A stretch of DNA of 64,000 nucleotides from Thermodesulfobacteriota bacterium (GTDB taxonomy: Bacteria > Desulfobacterota > Desulfarculia > JACQYL01): assembly GCA_963675595.2 (NCBI GenBank), contig CAXXLZ010000002.1:736001-800000 (forward strand), written 5' to 3'. The position numbers and the translations under genes were made by a program. A model generated the notes under the pieces. The model had not been told where the DNA came from and searched no databases. It worked only from the letters and a program-made list of their open reading frames with translations. This document shows positions 48,501 through 57,363 of this stretch, one piece after another. Within the stretch, counting starts at the first letter, position 1. Each line of letters starts with the position of its first letter.

Positions 48501-49865
48501 GGTTTGCCGGTCATGCAGGAATACGTCACTGTGACCGTTATCGTCCACGGCCACCAGATTGGTCGCTTCCGAAGTGAACGCGACGTATCGGCCGTCCGGT
48601 GAAAGGTCGGGATCCGAGCTTTGATCGTTCCCCTGAACCCCGGCGGAAGATACGCTGACTCGGGTCACCGCGGCGGTTTCCATATCCCGCACGTAGACGT
48701 CCGTGCCGGCGGCTCCCGCAACCAAGTCTGCGGCATTGGAGGAAAATGCCACGTAACGCCCGTCCGCAGACACCACGGGAGAACCGCTTCCTCCGTCGGC
48801 GGCAGCACCGCTCGCGGCCACACTCACCGCCTGGATTTCCGAGGCGCACGCCGGTCCCAGACTTCTGAAGGCGCCGTCACCCTCCGTGCCTGCAAACACC
48901 TTCGAAGCATCCCAAGGGTCAACGGCCAGAGTCCGAACCGGTACCAGGGGCGTGGGAAGGCCGGCATTGTCTGCGGACCACAGGGCCCCACCGTTGGAAG
49001 TGACAAAAACGCCGCCGCCGTCGGTGCCCGCATACACCACGCCGGGTTGAATGGGGTCCGCCGCGAGAGAATGCACATTCACGTCGGTAAGTCCCGTATT
49101 CACCTGGTTCCAGGTGAGGCCGGCGTCTGTGGACTTATAAATACCCCAGGTGTCGGTCCCGGCGTAAACATTGTTCGAGTCGTGAGGGTCCACCGCCAGG
49201 CAGGTCACGGAGACGGCCGTGCTGATCGGCGTCCAGATCAAACCCGCGTTCGTACTTTTGTAGACTCCGTAGGTTTCGGATCCGGCGTACACGACATTGG
49301 AGTCCGCAGGGTCCACGGCCAAGGCGTAGATATCGGTTAAGGGCAGAGTCAGACCGGTGTTGACGGCATTCCACGACGTCCCGCCGTCCGTACTCTTGAA
49401 GATTCCTTCCCCTTCCGTCCCGGCATAGAGGACCTGATCGTCGCCGGGGTCCTCAGTCAGCGCGAAAACTTGAGGCAAGAAACCCGGAAGCCCCGTATTC
49501 ACGGCGTTCCAGTCCATCCCCCCGTTTACACTTTTGAAAACTCCTCCCGTTTGGGTGCCTGCATACAGAGTGTTGGGCAAGGTGGGAGACACAGCCAGCG
49601 TATGGATGTTGTTGTCCGCCAAGCCGTTGTTCACGGCCGTCCACCAAGTCCCGCCGCTCGAGGAACGAAACACGCCTCCACCCCAGGTGGCGGCGTACAT
49701 CACGGACGGAACATGCGGCTCGGGGATCAGGGACATCACTTCCAGGTCGGTCAAACCTTGGTTAATCGCGACCCAGTCCGCCCGACTCTCCGAGACGAAC
49801 AAGGCAAAACCGGCAAGGAAGCACAACAGTATTGAAAATGGGCGACGTACACGGCGGGTGTTCAT
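45600..49865 (-). CDS. Large secreted mosaic protein: BNR propeller + TolB-like propeller + three beta-sandwich repeats + EF-hand/dockerin-like duplication + Ig-like tail
   Basis: Signal peptide; repeats AGT.G.GV.KS..GG..W.AVN.GL; repeats S.DGRYVAF.S.A.NLV.GD.N...DVF; three W.P.LP.GWTL domains; two H.AD...ID..E..RV..YW.AG.Y motifs. Confidence 0.85.
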   Translation of the reverse strand: MNTRRVRRPFSILLCFLAGFALFVSESRADWVAINQGLTDLEVMSLIPEPHVPSVMYAATWGGGVFRSSSGGTWWTAVNNGLADNNIHTLAVSPTLPNTLYAGTQTGGVFKSVNGGMDWNAVNTGLPGFLPQVFALTEDPGDDQVLYAGTEGEGIFKSTDGGTSWNAVNTGLTLPLTDIYALAVDPADSNVVYAGSETYGVYKSTNAGLIWTPISTAVSVTCLAVDPHDSNNVYAGTDTWGIYKSTDAGLTWNQVNTGLTDVNVHSLAADPIQPGVVYAGTDGGGVFVTSNGGALWSADNAGLPTPLVPVRTLAVDPWDASKVFAGTEGDGAFRSLGPACASEIQAVSVAASGAAADGGSGSPVVSADGRYVAFSSNAADLVAGAAGTDVYVRDMETAAVTRVSVSSAGVQGNDQSSDPDLSPDGRYVAFTSEATNLVAVDDNGHSDVFLHDRQTAVTVRVSLTDAGGQGNQASFQPSVSSDGRYVAFTSAASNLVPGDTNTKSDVFVRDLLLAQTTRVSVSSIGVQGNGACRFPSLSADGRYVAFVSEATNLVAGDTNGSADVFVHDRSTAQTVRVSVSSAGGQAGGFSEYPSLSLDGRYVVFYSNASNLTVGDANGKADVFLKDLQTGITERVSLAYDGSEGNGESRGSRRRSMSSDGRYVVFSSGSTNLLPGDTNEKWDVFVRDRQTGETSRVSASSTLGEPDGASLYPSMASDGLHMVFGSSAGNLVSGDANGQSDVFLFKTCGYPPGIAAAHSSPGYETPGTAVITCTFQVPQGRSLLSLLWRPQLPAGWTLDPVGASGDGNPQVSGGEIVFLDAFSGNPVQFTYIVNVPGGESGTHYLSAEVEYQIDGMVNPALTWANPHPLQLPEITYATASVHSSAGYPSPGTAVVACEFSYQAGLTIQSLQWTPVLPAGWTLTGVTAAAGNGNPVVLGGVVTFTPPVANNPVVFEYQVAVPGGQTGAQNIGSTIDFQLVGMALPSVDVALPDPLVLAETPIYHDADYNGPDFIIDNAEVTRVISYWNAGAYRCGAGPDGYQPGTVGATACGTHTADFQAPAWDIDGTEINRVLAYWRAGGYQPDASGVDGFAPLIPQPDVALSGPPLTPQSTPSISIEGPDTYPPGREVTFTFRASFQDPLLSILWKPLLPDGWTLESVSGTGINTVNPSKGIFWTSKVLSSPLEAVFVVHVPEGEVGEHVVDALVEYQASGMANPSTSEPDDPPILDACDPPEIVVFQGPSDPVPTGTVFQLDWVAIGGELAEISPGVGQVDPGVGVVSLEASAPETYTLVVESSCGDVQASIEVLTCDLPVIDFFSGPGGDVVAGNGAVLSWSGTGGDEAIISPGVGQVSPTGGSVAVYPSETTDYTIELRNQCGNTVNWTTVTVVPPDFDIAEFMLTVITAVKARKGRLEKNFRVSEPQ

Positions 49866-49988
49866 GGTCTTCTCCACACCATGAAGTATCGGTCGGATGC
49901 TTCGAGAGGTTGAGGAGAATCCTCGGCCGGATCGGAAGCAACGAACTTGCGGGCCGTACACACCGGCCCTCCATACGGCAACCCGGCA

Positions 49989-50417
49989 TCAACTCCGGGC
50001 GTCGGACTCCAATTCGTGCACCGTGAATCCCTGCCGCATCAAGAGGGCGGCGGTCACGCCCACCGGTCGATCCGGATGTGCAACACTACCGCAGGAGGGG
50101 CTTCGGGATTTGAGGCGGCACTCGGTCACGCCGAACTTGCGGGCCAATTCCAGAGTCTTGTGAGCGCCGAGGAGAAACTCGGAGGTGACGTCCCGGCCCG
50201 AAGCGTCTACGAGCCGTGCTTTTCCGTCCAACACGGAAAAACCGTCGCCCTCCTGAAGGCGAGCCGGATGTCTGGGAATGGGGAGCCCTCCCAGAACTTC
50301 GGGGCAAACCGGAAGCACCCGTTCTCCGGCAAGCCCCCGGATGAGGGAAACATTGGGGACGCTGCCGCCGTCATAGCGGCAGGCAACGCCCAAAAGGCAT
50401 GAACTGACCAGAATCAT
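49989..50417 (-). CDS. DUF523 / 2-thiouracil desulfidase (TudS)-family protein
   Basis: SSCLLGVACRYDG, VCPEVLGGLPIPR, LKSRSPSCG. Confidence 0.88.
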   Translation of the reverse strand: MILVSSCLLGVACRYDGGSVPNVSLIRGLAGERVLPVCPEVLGGLPIPRHPARLQEGDGFSVLDGKARLVDASGRDVTSEFLLGAHKTLELARKFGVTECRLKSRSPSCGSVAHPDRPVGVTAALLMRQGFTVHELESDARS

Positions 50418-51461
50418 TCAGGACACGAGCCGGACGGCCTCGGCCCCTTCTTCACGTTTGGCAATGCTCCCGATAATAAACGCCTGCTCGTCCATGGCCT
50501 TGGCCCGGGCTACGACGTCTTCCACCTCTTCGTCGTGCACCACCAAAATCAACCCAAGTCCGTTGTTGAACGTGCTGAACATCTCGCTTTCCGAGACGCT
50601 CCCGCGTTCCTGAAGAAAAGGAAAGATCGGCGGAATGCTCCAGCTTTCCTGTTCGATGACGGCTTGGCAGCCTTTGGGCAGGATTCGCGGCAGGTTGCCG
50701 GTAATTCCTCCACCCGTGATATGGCTGATGCCGAGCAGCTTGAAATCTCGAGCAAGGTTCTGGACGAGTTCCGAATAGATCTTGGTGGGGCGAAGCAGTT
50801 CCTCGCCGATGGTCGTCTTGAGCTGTTCCACATAGGTATCGGGTCCCATGGCGAGTTCCTCGAAAATGATCTTTCGCACCAAGGAATACCCGTTACTGTG
50901 AAGGCCGCTGCTCCGAATACCGACCAGCTTGTTCCCCACGCCGATCTCGGAACCGTCGATGATCTTATCGTTGTCCACGATGCCCACCACAAACCCGGCG
51001 AGGTCGTATTCTCCGTCCGGGTAGAATCCCGGCATTTCCGCGGTTTCACCGCCGATCAGAGCGCAACCCGCCTGCTTGCATCCCTCCGTGATTCCCTCAA
51101 TGATCTCCGTGGCCAGGAGAGAATCCAGTTTCCCCATAGCCAGATAATCCAGGAAAAACAGAGGCTTGGCACCATGTACCAGGATGTCGTTCACGCACAT
51201 GGCCACCAGGTCCAGCCCCACGGTATTGTGCCTGCCCACCATGCGGGCGATCTTGAGCTTAGTGCCCACGCCGTCCGTGGAGGCGACGGCCACCGGTTTT
51301 TCCATGCCCTCGACGGGCAGACTGAACAAGCCCGAAAATCCGCCGATATCCGTGATGACTCCAGGATGGTGAGTCTGTCGCACCAGAGGTTTGATCATTT
51401 CGATGAAGCGCTCACCCTCGGCGATATTCACGCCTGATTCCTTGTATCGTTCCGAACTCAT
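50418..51461 (-). CDS. purM: Phosphoribosylformylglycinamidine cyclo-ligase
   Basis: STDGVGTKL, DLVAMCVND, LIGGETAEMPG, SSGLHSNGYSL, HITGGG. Confidence 0.97.
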   Translation of the reverse strand: MSSERYKESGVNIAEGERFIEMIKPLVRQTHHPGVITDIGGFSGLFSLPVEGMEKPVAVASTDGVGTKLKIARMVGRHNTVGLDLVAMCVNDILVHGAKPLFFLDYLAMGKLDSLLATEIIEGITEGCKQAGCALIGGETAEMPGFYPDGEYDLAGFVVGIVDNDKIIDGSEIGVGNKLVGIRSSGLHSNGYSLVRKIIFEELAMGPDTYVEQLKTTIGEELLRPTKIYSELVQNLARDFKLLGISHITGGGITGNLPRILPKGCQAVIEQESWSIPPIFPFLQERGSVSESEMFSTFNNGLGLILVVHDEEVEDVVARAKAMDEQAFIIGSIAKREEGAEAVRLVS

Positions 51462-51853
51462 TGCAGCCCCCGAAAGAGAGTTGAGGCAGGATTATGACGG
51501 GAACTCTTTTGTATGTCAATAAAGGACTCCGGCTTGTGCGAACGCACCCTGCAATAAAGGGTCAGGGCGGAGAGCGAACCCGGGAAACAAGCCTCGTGAA
51601 GCTCATGGGCGGGGCCGGATATTCACCATAATGTCCATAAAAAAATTGGTTGGACCGTCGATTGCACCATGGTATATATATCTTAACAGTGTTCGAATCG
51701 GTCGGTTTCCAAGCCCGGATTCGAGCCGTTGGATATTTCCAAATTCGGAGGTCCTGCAACCGAAGGATCGGATTGGCCCACGCAGGGAATTGAAGCGAGC
51801 GGGTCTCCCATACCGGCAAGATAGTACCGGACGACTCGAAGCGGGGCGTAGCC

Positions 51854-52462
51854 ATGCAGATCCATGATTTTCTACGAGGCCTGTTTTCCTCTTTTACTCA
51901 TTCCTCCGCCGGTCGAGGAGCCAAACGTCGCTCCCAGCCCGTAGACGGCGAGGAAGCGAGCGTCTCAGCGCACAAACTCTCCCTGGACTTCGCCTTTAGA
52001 GACTTGCGGCTGTCCCTTTCGAGGGCCGGTCTAAAGGCTTTCCTCAAGAGATCCGGAGACTCGGTCTCTGCGTCGGGGAAAAACGATTCCTTGCCCGCGC
52101 TTGAGATAAGTCCCGGGGCGACACCCGAGAATACCCTCCCTGCGGAGGACGCCCAATCCGCGTTCGATCGCCTGGCATCACGCTTCAACCGTCTCTATGG
52201 AGAAATACGGGACGTGCTCGGACGCCTCCAGCAGTTGGAGGAACGTCTGACCTCCTTGGCCCCTCGCGCCGCGTCCTCCGAAACCAAAGTTTTTCCGCGC
52301 CTTCAATCAGATCCCGCCGTTCTGATGGAAAGCACGCTGACCCCATCCACGTTCAGCTTCTTCGCAAACAGGACGAACGAGTCCGACTGGGCTCTTCCAC
52401 GATACGCCCCGCTCGAGGAGGAAGAGAGATACTCGGCGCCCCGGTTTCACCGAGTGGCCTGA
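51854..52462 (+). CDS. Hypothetical protein
   Basis: 202-aa ORF filling the gap, with a coiled-coil segment; ends RFHRVA. Confidence 0.5.
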   Translation: MQIHDFLRGLFSSFTHSSAGRGAKRRSQPVDGEEASVSAHKLSLDFAFRDLRLSLSRAGLKAFLKRSGDSVSASGKNDSLPALEISPGATPENTLPAEDAQSAFDRLASRFNRLYGEIRDVLGRLQQLEERLTSLAPRAASSETKVFPRLQSDPAVLMESTLTPSTFSFFANRTNESDWALPRYAPLEEEERYSAPRFHRVA

Positions 52463-52623
52463 GCCTCTTACCATCTCCGGCAAGCCGCCGGAGAATTGCG
52501 CCCCACTTTCTCTCCCGACCAGCCTTGCCGGCGGCGGGTGCTCCTCTCCATTCGGAACGAATCGTCTCTTCCCAAGCGTTCAATGAAAGCCTTCAGCTCG
52601 GCGTCCAACGTCCGGACGAGGCT

Positions 52624-53706
52624 TCAGAAATAAAGATGCACGCCTAAACCGGCGAATTCGATGCCGCTTTCATAGAACTGGCCGTTGGGGGATTTCCCTT
52701 TGTAGTACTTGAGCAGGAGCATAAGCTTTCGACTCAGAAAGTCGGGGTTCTCGAACTGAATCCCGGCCGACGCCGAAAGGTCCGTGTTCCAGTCGCTTTC
52801 CTGGTGGTTTTGCAGGTCCAGCGCCCCCACCGGACGCAACGCTCCTCCAAGCCATGTCTTCGGGCTGCGGTACTCCAGCCCGATCTGCGTCGACCAAGGT
52901 TCCAGATCCGAGGGGAATCTCCGGAACAGGTAGCCCGCCCCGCCGTAAAGCCGCAAGCCTCCGGGCAGATCGTAAGACAGCAGGTTGTCCAGGCTTTCAT
53001 AGCTCAGGTTGATGCGTTCGGTGCTATCGCCTCGCAGAAGAAATTCGTCTCCCAAATGGGAACTTTGATGGAAGATTCGGAGCATATTGGTGAAATCGCC
53101 CTTCTGAACGGTTATGGGAATGCCCACGAGATAGTCGGCATTGATCAAATCAAAGGATTCAGCATCCAAGTCGAAGATGGCGAATACGCCCGCCTGAATT
53201 CCAATCTCCATGATGGTTTCCCACGGTCCCTGGAACCGATAGATACTGAAGGATTCACCAAAACTCGTGTCCGCAACGTTCCGCAAGAGATCATCGTCCA
53301 CGTAGCGTTGATAGGAAATGGAAAAATGGGGCCAACGCGGGTCGGCGAGAAGCGGGTGAAACAGCGGCAATGTCGGCAGGAACATGGGAAGCTCTTCCAC
53401 GACTCTCGCAACGGTCGGCACGGCTTGCTCGAAAATCACGTCAACCTTTCCCGCGCCCACCACATCGAAAAGCATTTTGCGAATATCCGATTTTTCCGTT
53501 TCCGTTAAACGGGCTCCCTCGATATAAACGGTTCCGTCTTGAACCCGGATGTTTCCGACGGCCGAGGGAAAATGCTCCGCAATGACGGCCGTGGCATAAC
53601 CACGGATGAATTCATCATTCGATTGAGCCGCTTCCCCCGCCTGCAGCGAGACCAGGCACGCCATGGCAATAAAAAGCCGCAGAACTCTTTCGCTTTGTCC
53701 GTGCAT
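52624..53706 (-). CDS. DUF1207-like outer-membrane beta-barrel protein
   Basis: Signal peptide, NDEFIRGY, PLLADPRWP, DLINADY.VG, HQSSHLGDEFLL, terminal aromatic strand GVHLYF. Confidence 0.75.
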   Translation of the reverse strand: MHGQSERVLRLFIAMACLVSLQAGEAAQSNDEFIRGYATAVIAEHFPSAVGNIRVQDGTVYIEGARLTETEKSDIRKMLFDVVGAGKVDVIFEQAVPTVARVVEELPMFLPTLPLFHPLLADPRWPHFSISYQRYVDDDLLRNVADTSFGESFSIYRFQGPWETIMEIGIQAGVFAIFDLDAESFDLINADYLVGIPITVQKGDFTNMLRIFHQSSHLGDEFLLRGDSTERINLSYESLDNLLSYDLPGGLRLYGGAGYLFRRFPSDLEPWSTQIGLEYRSPKTWLGGALRPVGALDLQNHQESDWNTDLSASAGIQFENPDFLSRKLMLLLKYYKGKSPNGQFYESGIEFAGLGVHLYF

Positions 53707-54294
53707 GAAAGCTCCGTTCATTCCATCGCATCACATTTGAAACGACCGACCCGATGATCCAAATATCGAAAAGATGTTCGATCCATCCGGTCCGTCAGGC
53801 GCTCCCGCCGTTCTTCGACTTTGCCGCACACCACCGATCTTCGGCTTCCCTATCGCGATTTGGTGTCGTAAGTATGTCGAACACCGCCTTTTCCGCCTGA
53901 GGCACGTCGAACATTCACTCGAATCGAAGAGGATATTATCGCGGCCTCTCGCAAGAGAGAATGGGTTGGAGCCTCTATTTCACTTAAACGGCAGCGGCAC
54001 GGCCGACTGAATTCCAGCCCTGGAATTTTGGCGCGGCGCCTCCCCCCGCCCGCCCTATTCCCTGTGAAAGCCGGATGACCCCTGCAACTCTTCCCAACAG
54101 GTCTGTTGCGCAATAGGAGACTTTGCGCGGAAGTCCGGAGGAGAGGGAATCTGCGAAATGCAGAGGGAGGAGGCTTTGAGGCGTTGCTTTCGGGAAGGTC
54201 TCTGTGCAAGCGTTGGAAGCGCCTTGCGGAAGAGAGTCGGCGTTAGAAATCGGTGAGTGGGTGCGGTGGCATTCCGCCGATCAAATGTATGGAA

Positions 54295-54645
54295 TCACGC
54301 CACGATGTCCAGGAGAGTCCCCAGACGGTCGTCTTCGCTTCGAATAACGGTCACCGCGGCCTGAGTCATCTTCTCGGATACCAACATCCCGGTCATCTCT
54401 TCGACCAGGTTCACGTTGGATCCCTCGCCCAACGTTCCCGTGCCTTGTGTGGGGGGCAGAGGCACACCGGGCGTTTCCACACGGCTCACGGAAGGCCGAA
54501 CGCCGCCTCCGGGAGCTTCCTGAAAATCCACCCGGGATTTCTTGAAGCCTTCCGTTTGAAGGTTGGCCGTGTTATGCGCGGAAACGTTCCGCCTGACTTG
54601 TACGGCCTGTAGAAGAGAAAGCGAAGAAGAAATGCTCGATAACAT
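54295..54645 (-). CDS. Small flagellar basal-body rod family protein (FlgC/FlgE-like termini only)
   Basis: NVSAHNTANLQTEGFKKSR...SNVNLVEEM...GTLLDIVA. Confidence 0.8.
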   Translation of the reverse strand: MLSSISSSLSLLQAVQVRRNVSAHNTANLQTEGFKKSRVDFQEAPGGGVRPSVSRVETPGVPLPPTQGTGTLGEGSNVNLVEEMTGMLVSEKMTQAAVTVIRSEDDRLGTLLDIVA

Positions 54646-54735
54646 GAGGCACTCCTCGTATCGTTACGTGTTACCACCACGAAGGAAGGTCGACTTTCGA
54701 AAACGGTGACCCCGGGAGCTTTGCATCCCGCTCCA

Positions 54736-55059
54736 TCAAGTGATGACGTCTACGCCGGAAGGCCCTTTCATTGACGGTGTTTCCATGGATGGAGCCGAAG
54801 GGCGAGGAGATTCCCCAGCGGGACTCGCGGGCTCGGCTTCGCTTCGGGTTTCCCGAGAATGAACCACTCCGGGCGTCCCTTCCTTGCGGATGTGGACCTT
54901 GACTCCGGAAGAAAGGGTACCCTCAAAGCTGGCTTTGGAATCTTGTTGGGTGCCTGGAGATGCGGCGGGTGACGCGCTCGCGGTGATTTCCACATCGCCC
55001 CCGAACGTCCAGAGATATCCCCAGAGAGCGACCAGGGCACCGGAGAGACTCGAAACCAT
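54736..55059 (-). CDS. Hypothetical protein cotranscribed with the rod-family gene
   Basis: AAGGAGGT RBS; MVSSLSGALVAL start; ends GVDVIT. Confidence 0.55.
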   Translation of the reverse strand: MVSSLSGALVALWGYLWTFGGDVEITASASPAASPGTQQDSKASFEGTLSSGVKVHIRKEGTPGVVHSRETRSEAEPASPAGESPRPSAPSMETPSMKGPSGVDVIT

Positions 55060-55115
55060 GGCTACCTCCTTATACTGCATACATATTCAATGTATGACAT
55101 CATCCTCGCCTACAT

Positions 55116-55142
55116 ACATCGGTTTTGTCAACAAGAACTTGA
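55116..55142 (-). promoter_or_regulatory. Putative sigma28 promoter
   Basis: TCAA-N15-ACCGATGT. Confidence 0.6.
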
Positions 55143-55275
55143 GCCGCTCCTCCGAATCTCTTATGTTGCTTCAACCATGAGAACGGGTCCCAAGCCGCGC
55201 CCTGCGCCGGCCGACCCGCTCCCCAACTTTAACCGACGGACAAACCGGACACGACCGCATCCAGTGAGGAAGCCC

Positions 55276-56289
55276 TTGACCGATATTCATCTCCAACTCG
55301 AAGAAACCACGCGGCGAATCCTCGCCGGTGAACACTTGTCGCCGGACGATGCCGTGCGCCTGACGAACCTCCGGGAACCGACGGAAATCTTCCACCTCAT
55401 GGCCTGCGCCAACCGGGTACGCGGGGCCTTTCTGGGAGATCGAATCGAGTTCTGCGCCATCGTCAACGCCAAATCCGGCAGGTGCTCGGAAGACTGCTCC
55501 TTCTGCGCCCAGTCGTCCCACTACAACACATCGGCTCCCACGTACCCCCTGATGGACGTGGACGCTATGGTAGAGGCCGCCGTAAAAGCACGCGCAGCCG
55601 GAGCCCTTCGCTTCAGCATCGTCACCAGCGGAAAAGGCGTCATCCGTTCCCGAGACTTCGACACCATTCTCGAAGCCTTGTCCCGAATTCGCCAGGAAGG
55701 CCTTCTTTGCTGTGCCTCCTTGGGACTTCTGGACCGGGAGGCTGCTCGGGCTCTGAAGCAAGTGGGTGTATGCCGGTACCACCACAACTTGGAGACATCC
55801 GGAAGCTTCTTTCCCAACATCTGCACCACACACGATTACGAACAGCGAGTGAAGGTGCTGGACCTGTGTCGTGAGGAAGGCATCGAGGTCTGCAGCGGAG
55901 GCATCATCGGATTGGGAGAGAGTCCCGCGCAACGAGTCGAGCTCGCCGTCACACTTCTGGAACACGAGGTCGACTCCTTTCCGGTGAACATCCTTAATGC
56001 CATTGCCGGCACGCCCCTTGAGCATCAGGCTTCAATGCCTCCGCTGGAGATATTGAAGACGCTTTCCGTGTTCAGACTCCTCATGCCTCACACCGAAATC
56101 CGCACCTGCGGCGGCAGAGAAACCAACCTGAGGGGCCTTCAGCCACTCATGTTCACCGCGGGATGTAACGGCACCATGATCGGCAACTACCTCACCACTC
56201 AGGGACGGTCCCCCCAACATGATGTTCAGGATGTTCTCGACTTGGGACTGACGTTCAGGAACAAAGGTCGAGAGAGGGAAGGCTCCTGA
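55276..56289 (+). CDS. bioB: Biotin synthase
   Basis: NAKSGRCSEDCSFCAQS, YHHNLETS, CSGGIIGLGE, GGRE, GNYLTTQGR; TTG start after GAGGA inferred. Confidence 0.95.
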   Translation: MTDIHLQLEETTRRILAGEHLSPDDAVRLTNLREPTEIFHLMACANRVRGAFLGDRIEFCAIVNAKSGRCSEDCSFCAQSSHYNTSAPTYPLMDVDAMVEAAVKARAAGALRFSIVTSGKGVIRSRDFDTILEALSRIRQEGLLCCASLGLLDREAARALKQVGVCRYHHNLETSGSFFPNICTTHDYEQRVKVLDLCREEGIEVCSGGIIGLGESPAQRVELAVTLLEHEVDSFPVNILNAIAGTPLEHQASMPPLEILKTLSVFRLLMPHTEIRTCGGRETNLRGLQPLMFTAGCNGTMIGNYLTTQGRSPQHDVQDVLDLGLTFRNKGREREGS

Positions 56290-56338
56290 GATTCGACTCA
56301 ATGCGAAGTACCTGCCGGCCGAGGAGAACATTTGCGAG

Positions 56339-56490
56339 CATTCACGGGGGAAGACTTTCGAGAAAGTCTTCCCCCGAACCCCCTGTCAAAGCTTCTCAAG
56401 CATACCTCACCGCCTCCGGCGGAGAGGCTGAGGGAAAAATGGATTTTCCGTCCGACTTCCAACGTTTCTTTACCTTTCCTGAATCGGATA
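56339..56490 (+). repeat. Dispersed intergenic repeat, family B
   Basis: Collinear with 440-585, including the identical 28-mer. Confidence 0.8.
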
Positions 56491-56745
56491 GGGAGCTTCC
56501 GGCATCCAAGAAGCAGCGCTTTTCTTGAAAGGTCCGATGATTACGGACCCGTGATCGCGTACAAACATTTGATGACCGAGTCGGCGGCACTACCGCTGAT
56601 ACTTGGAAGCCGAGCCGATGGATTCCGGGTGCGAAAAGGCCTAAATCGAAGAGATTCGGCACGGGCTCGGCAACCGCAATGGACAAAGCCCTTGCAGCTT
56701 GGGGCCGCTACACGCCCAAAACGAAACATACGCATAGGAGATCCC

Positions 56746-56937
56746 ATGACGTTCCCTCTGCCGGAAGGAGATCTGGTTCGCAAGGCGTTCCTTTGGATCC
56801 ACGAGAAAAGGCAGGAAACACCTCGGCCTGCGCTGGTGGACCTGGTGGAAAGCGCCGGCAAGAAGTTCAATCTCTCGCCTAAAGAATGCGAGTACCTGTT
56901 CGACTTCTATTCCAAACCCGTGGAAGATGACTGCTGA
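56746..56937 (+). CDS. Small hypothetical protein (63 aa)
   Basis: AGGAG RBS; PEGDLVRKAFLWI...LVESAGKKFNLSPKECEYL. Confidence 0.7.
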   Translation: MTFPLPEGDLVRKAFLWIHEKRQETPRPALVDLVESAGKKFNLSPKECEYLFDFYSKPVEDDC

Positions 56938-56964
56938 TTCCGGAGTGCAAGCCGTCCGCACCTA

Positions 56965-57088
56965 TTCACGGGGTGTGCCGCAGAGGGACGCCGGCACGGG
57001 GGGCACAGGGGAGATGGTGGGCCTTCGGCCGACTATTGGGCAGGCACTATGGCCTGCCCCTACAATAGACGAGTCCCCCCCGTGAATG
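56965..57088. repeat. Small element bounded by terminal inverted repeats, containing a GTAG-type REP palindrome
   Basis: ATTCACGGGG...CCCCGTGAAT ends; internal minus-strand GTAGGGGCAGGC-CATAGT-GCCTGCCC at 57038-57063. Confidence 0.55.
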
Positions 57089-57140
57089 ATTACAGCCGTC
57101 CCTCACCGAAGGCGCCTTTCCAAAGGCACGCATTCGCGCG

Positions 57141-57248
57141 GAATCCGGGAAAACCTCTTGAGTAAGGTTTTCCCGAACCCTTCCCCTCCTTGTTGAGCGG
57201 GTTGCTCGCTCCGCGTCGCAATCGGGATTGAGAGCCCTCTCTGAACAG
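57141..57248 (+). repeat. Dispersed repeat, family B variant (paired with 59236-59345)
   Basis: CCGGGA..ACCT...AAGGT.TTCCCG...TGAGCGGGT.GCTCGCT..GCGTCGCAA.CG.GATTG...CTGAA.AG shared by both copies. Confidence 0.75.
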
Positions 57249-57363
57249 CCGACCGCATCCCCGAAAACCCGGAATTCCAGGCGAGGGGGGCGTTGCACCT
57301 CGAATGCCCTGAGGGCGATAAGCTCTGCCTGAAGGGTTTTCAGGTAGCCCTCGTGGTTCGAAG

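Noticed and set aside
47640-49700. Periodic DNA repeats that might suggest a CRISPR array or DGR
   Set aside because: They are degenerate in-frame protein repeats (propeller blades); there are no identical repeats with unique spacers and no cas or reverse transcriptase gene.
56332-56745. N-terminal extension of the 201-aa ORF
   Set aside because: It is read through a family B repeat; the RBS-supported start is at 56746.
57300-57363. Hairpin ending in GGTTCGAA, resembling a tRNA T-loop beside the IS
   Set aside because: It folds as one long stem, with no cloverleaf, acceptor stem or CCA end.
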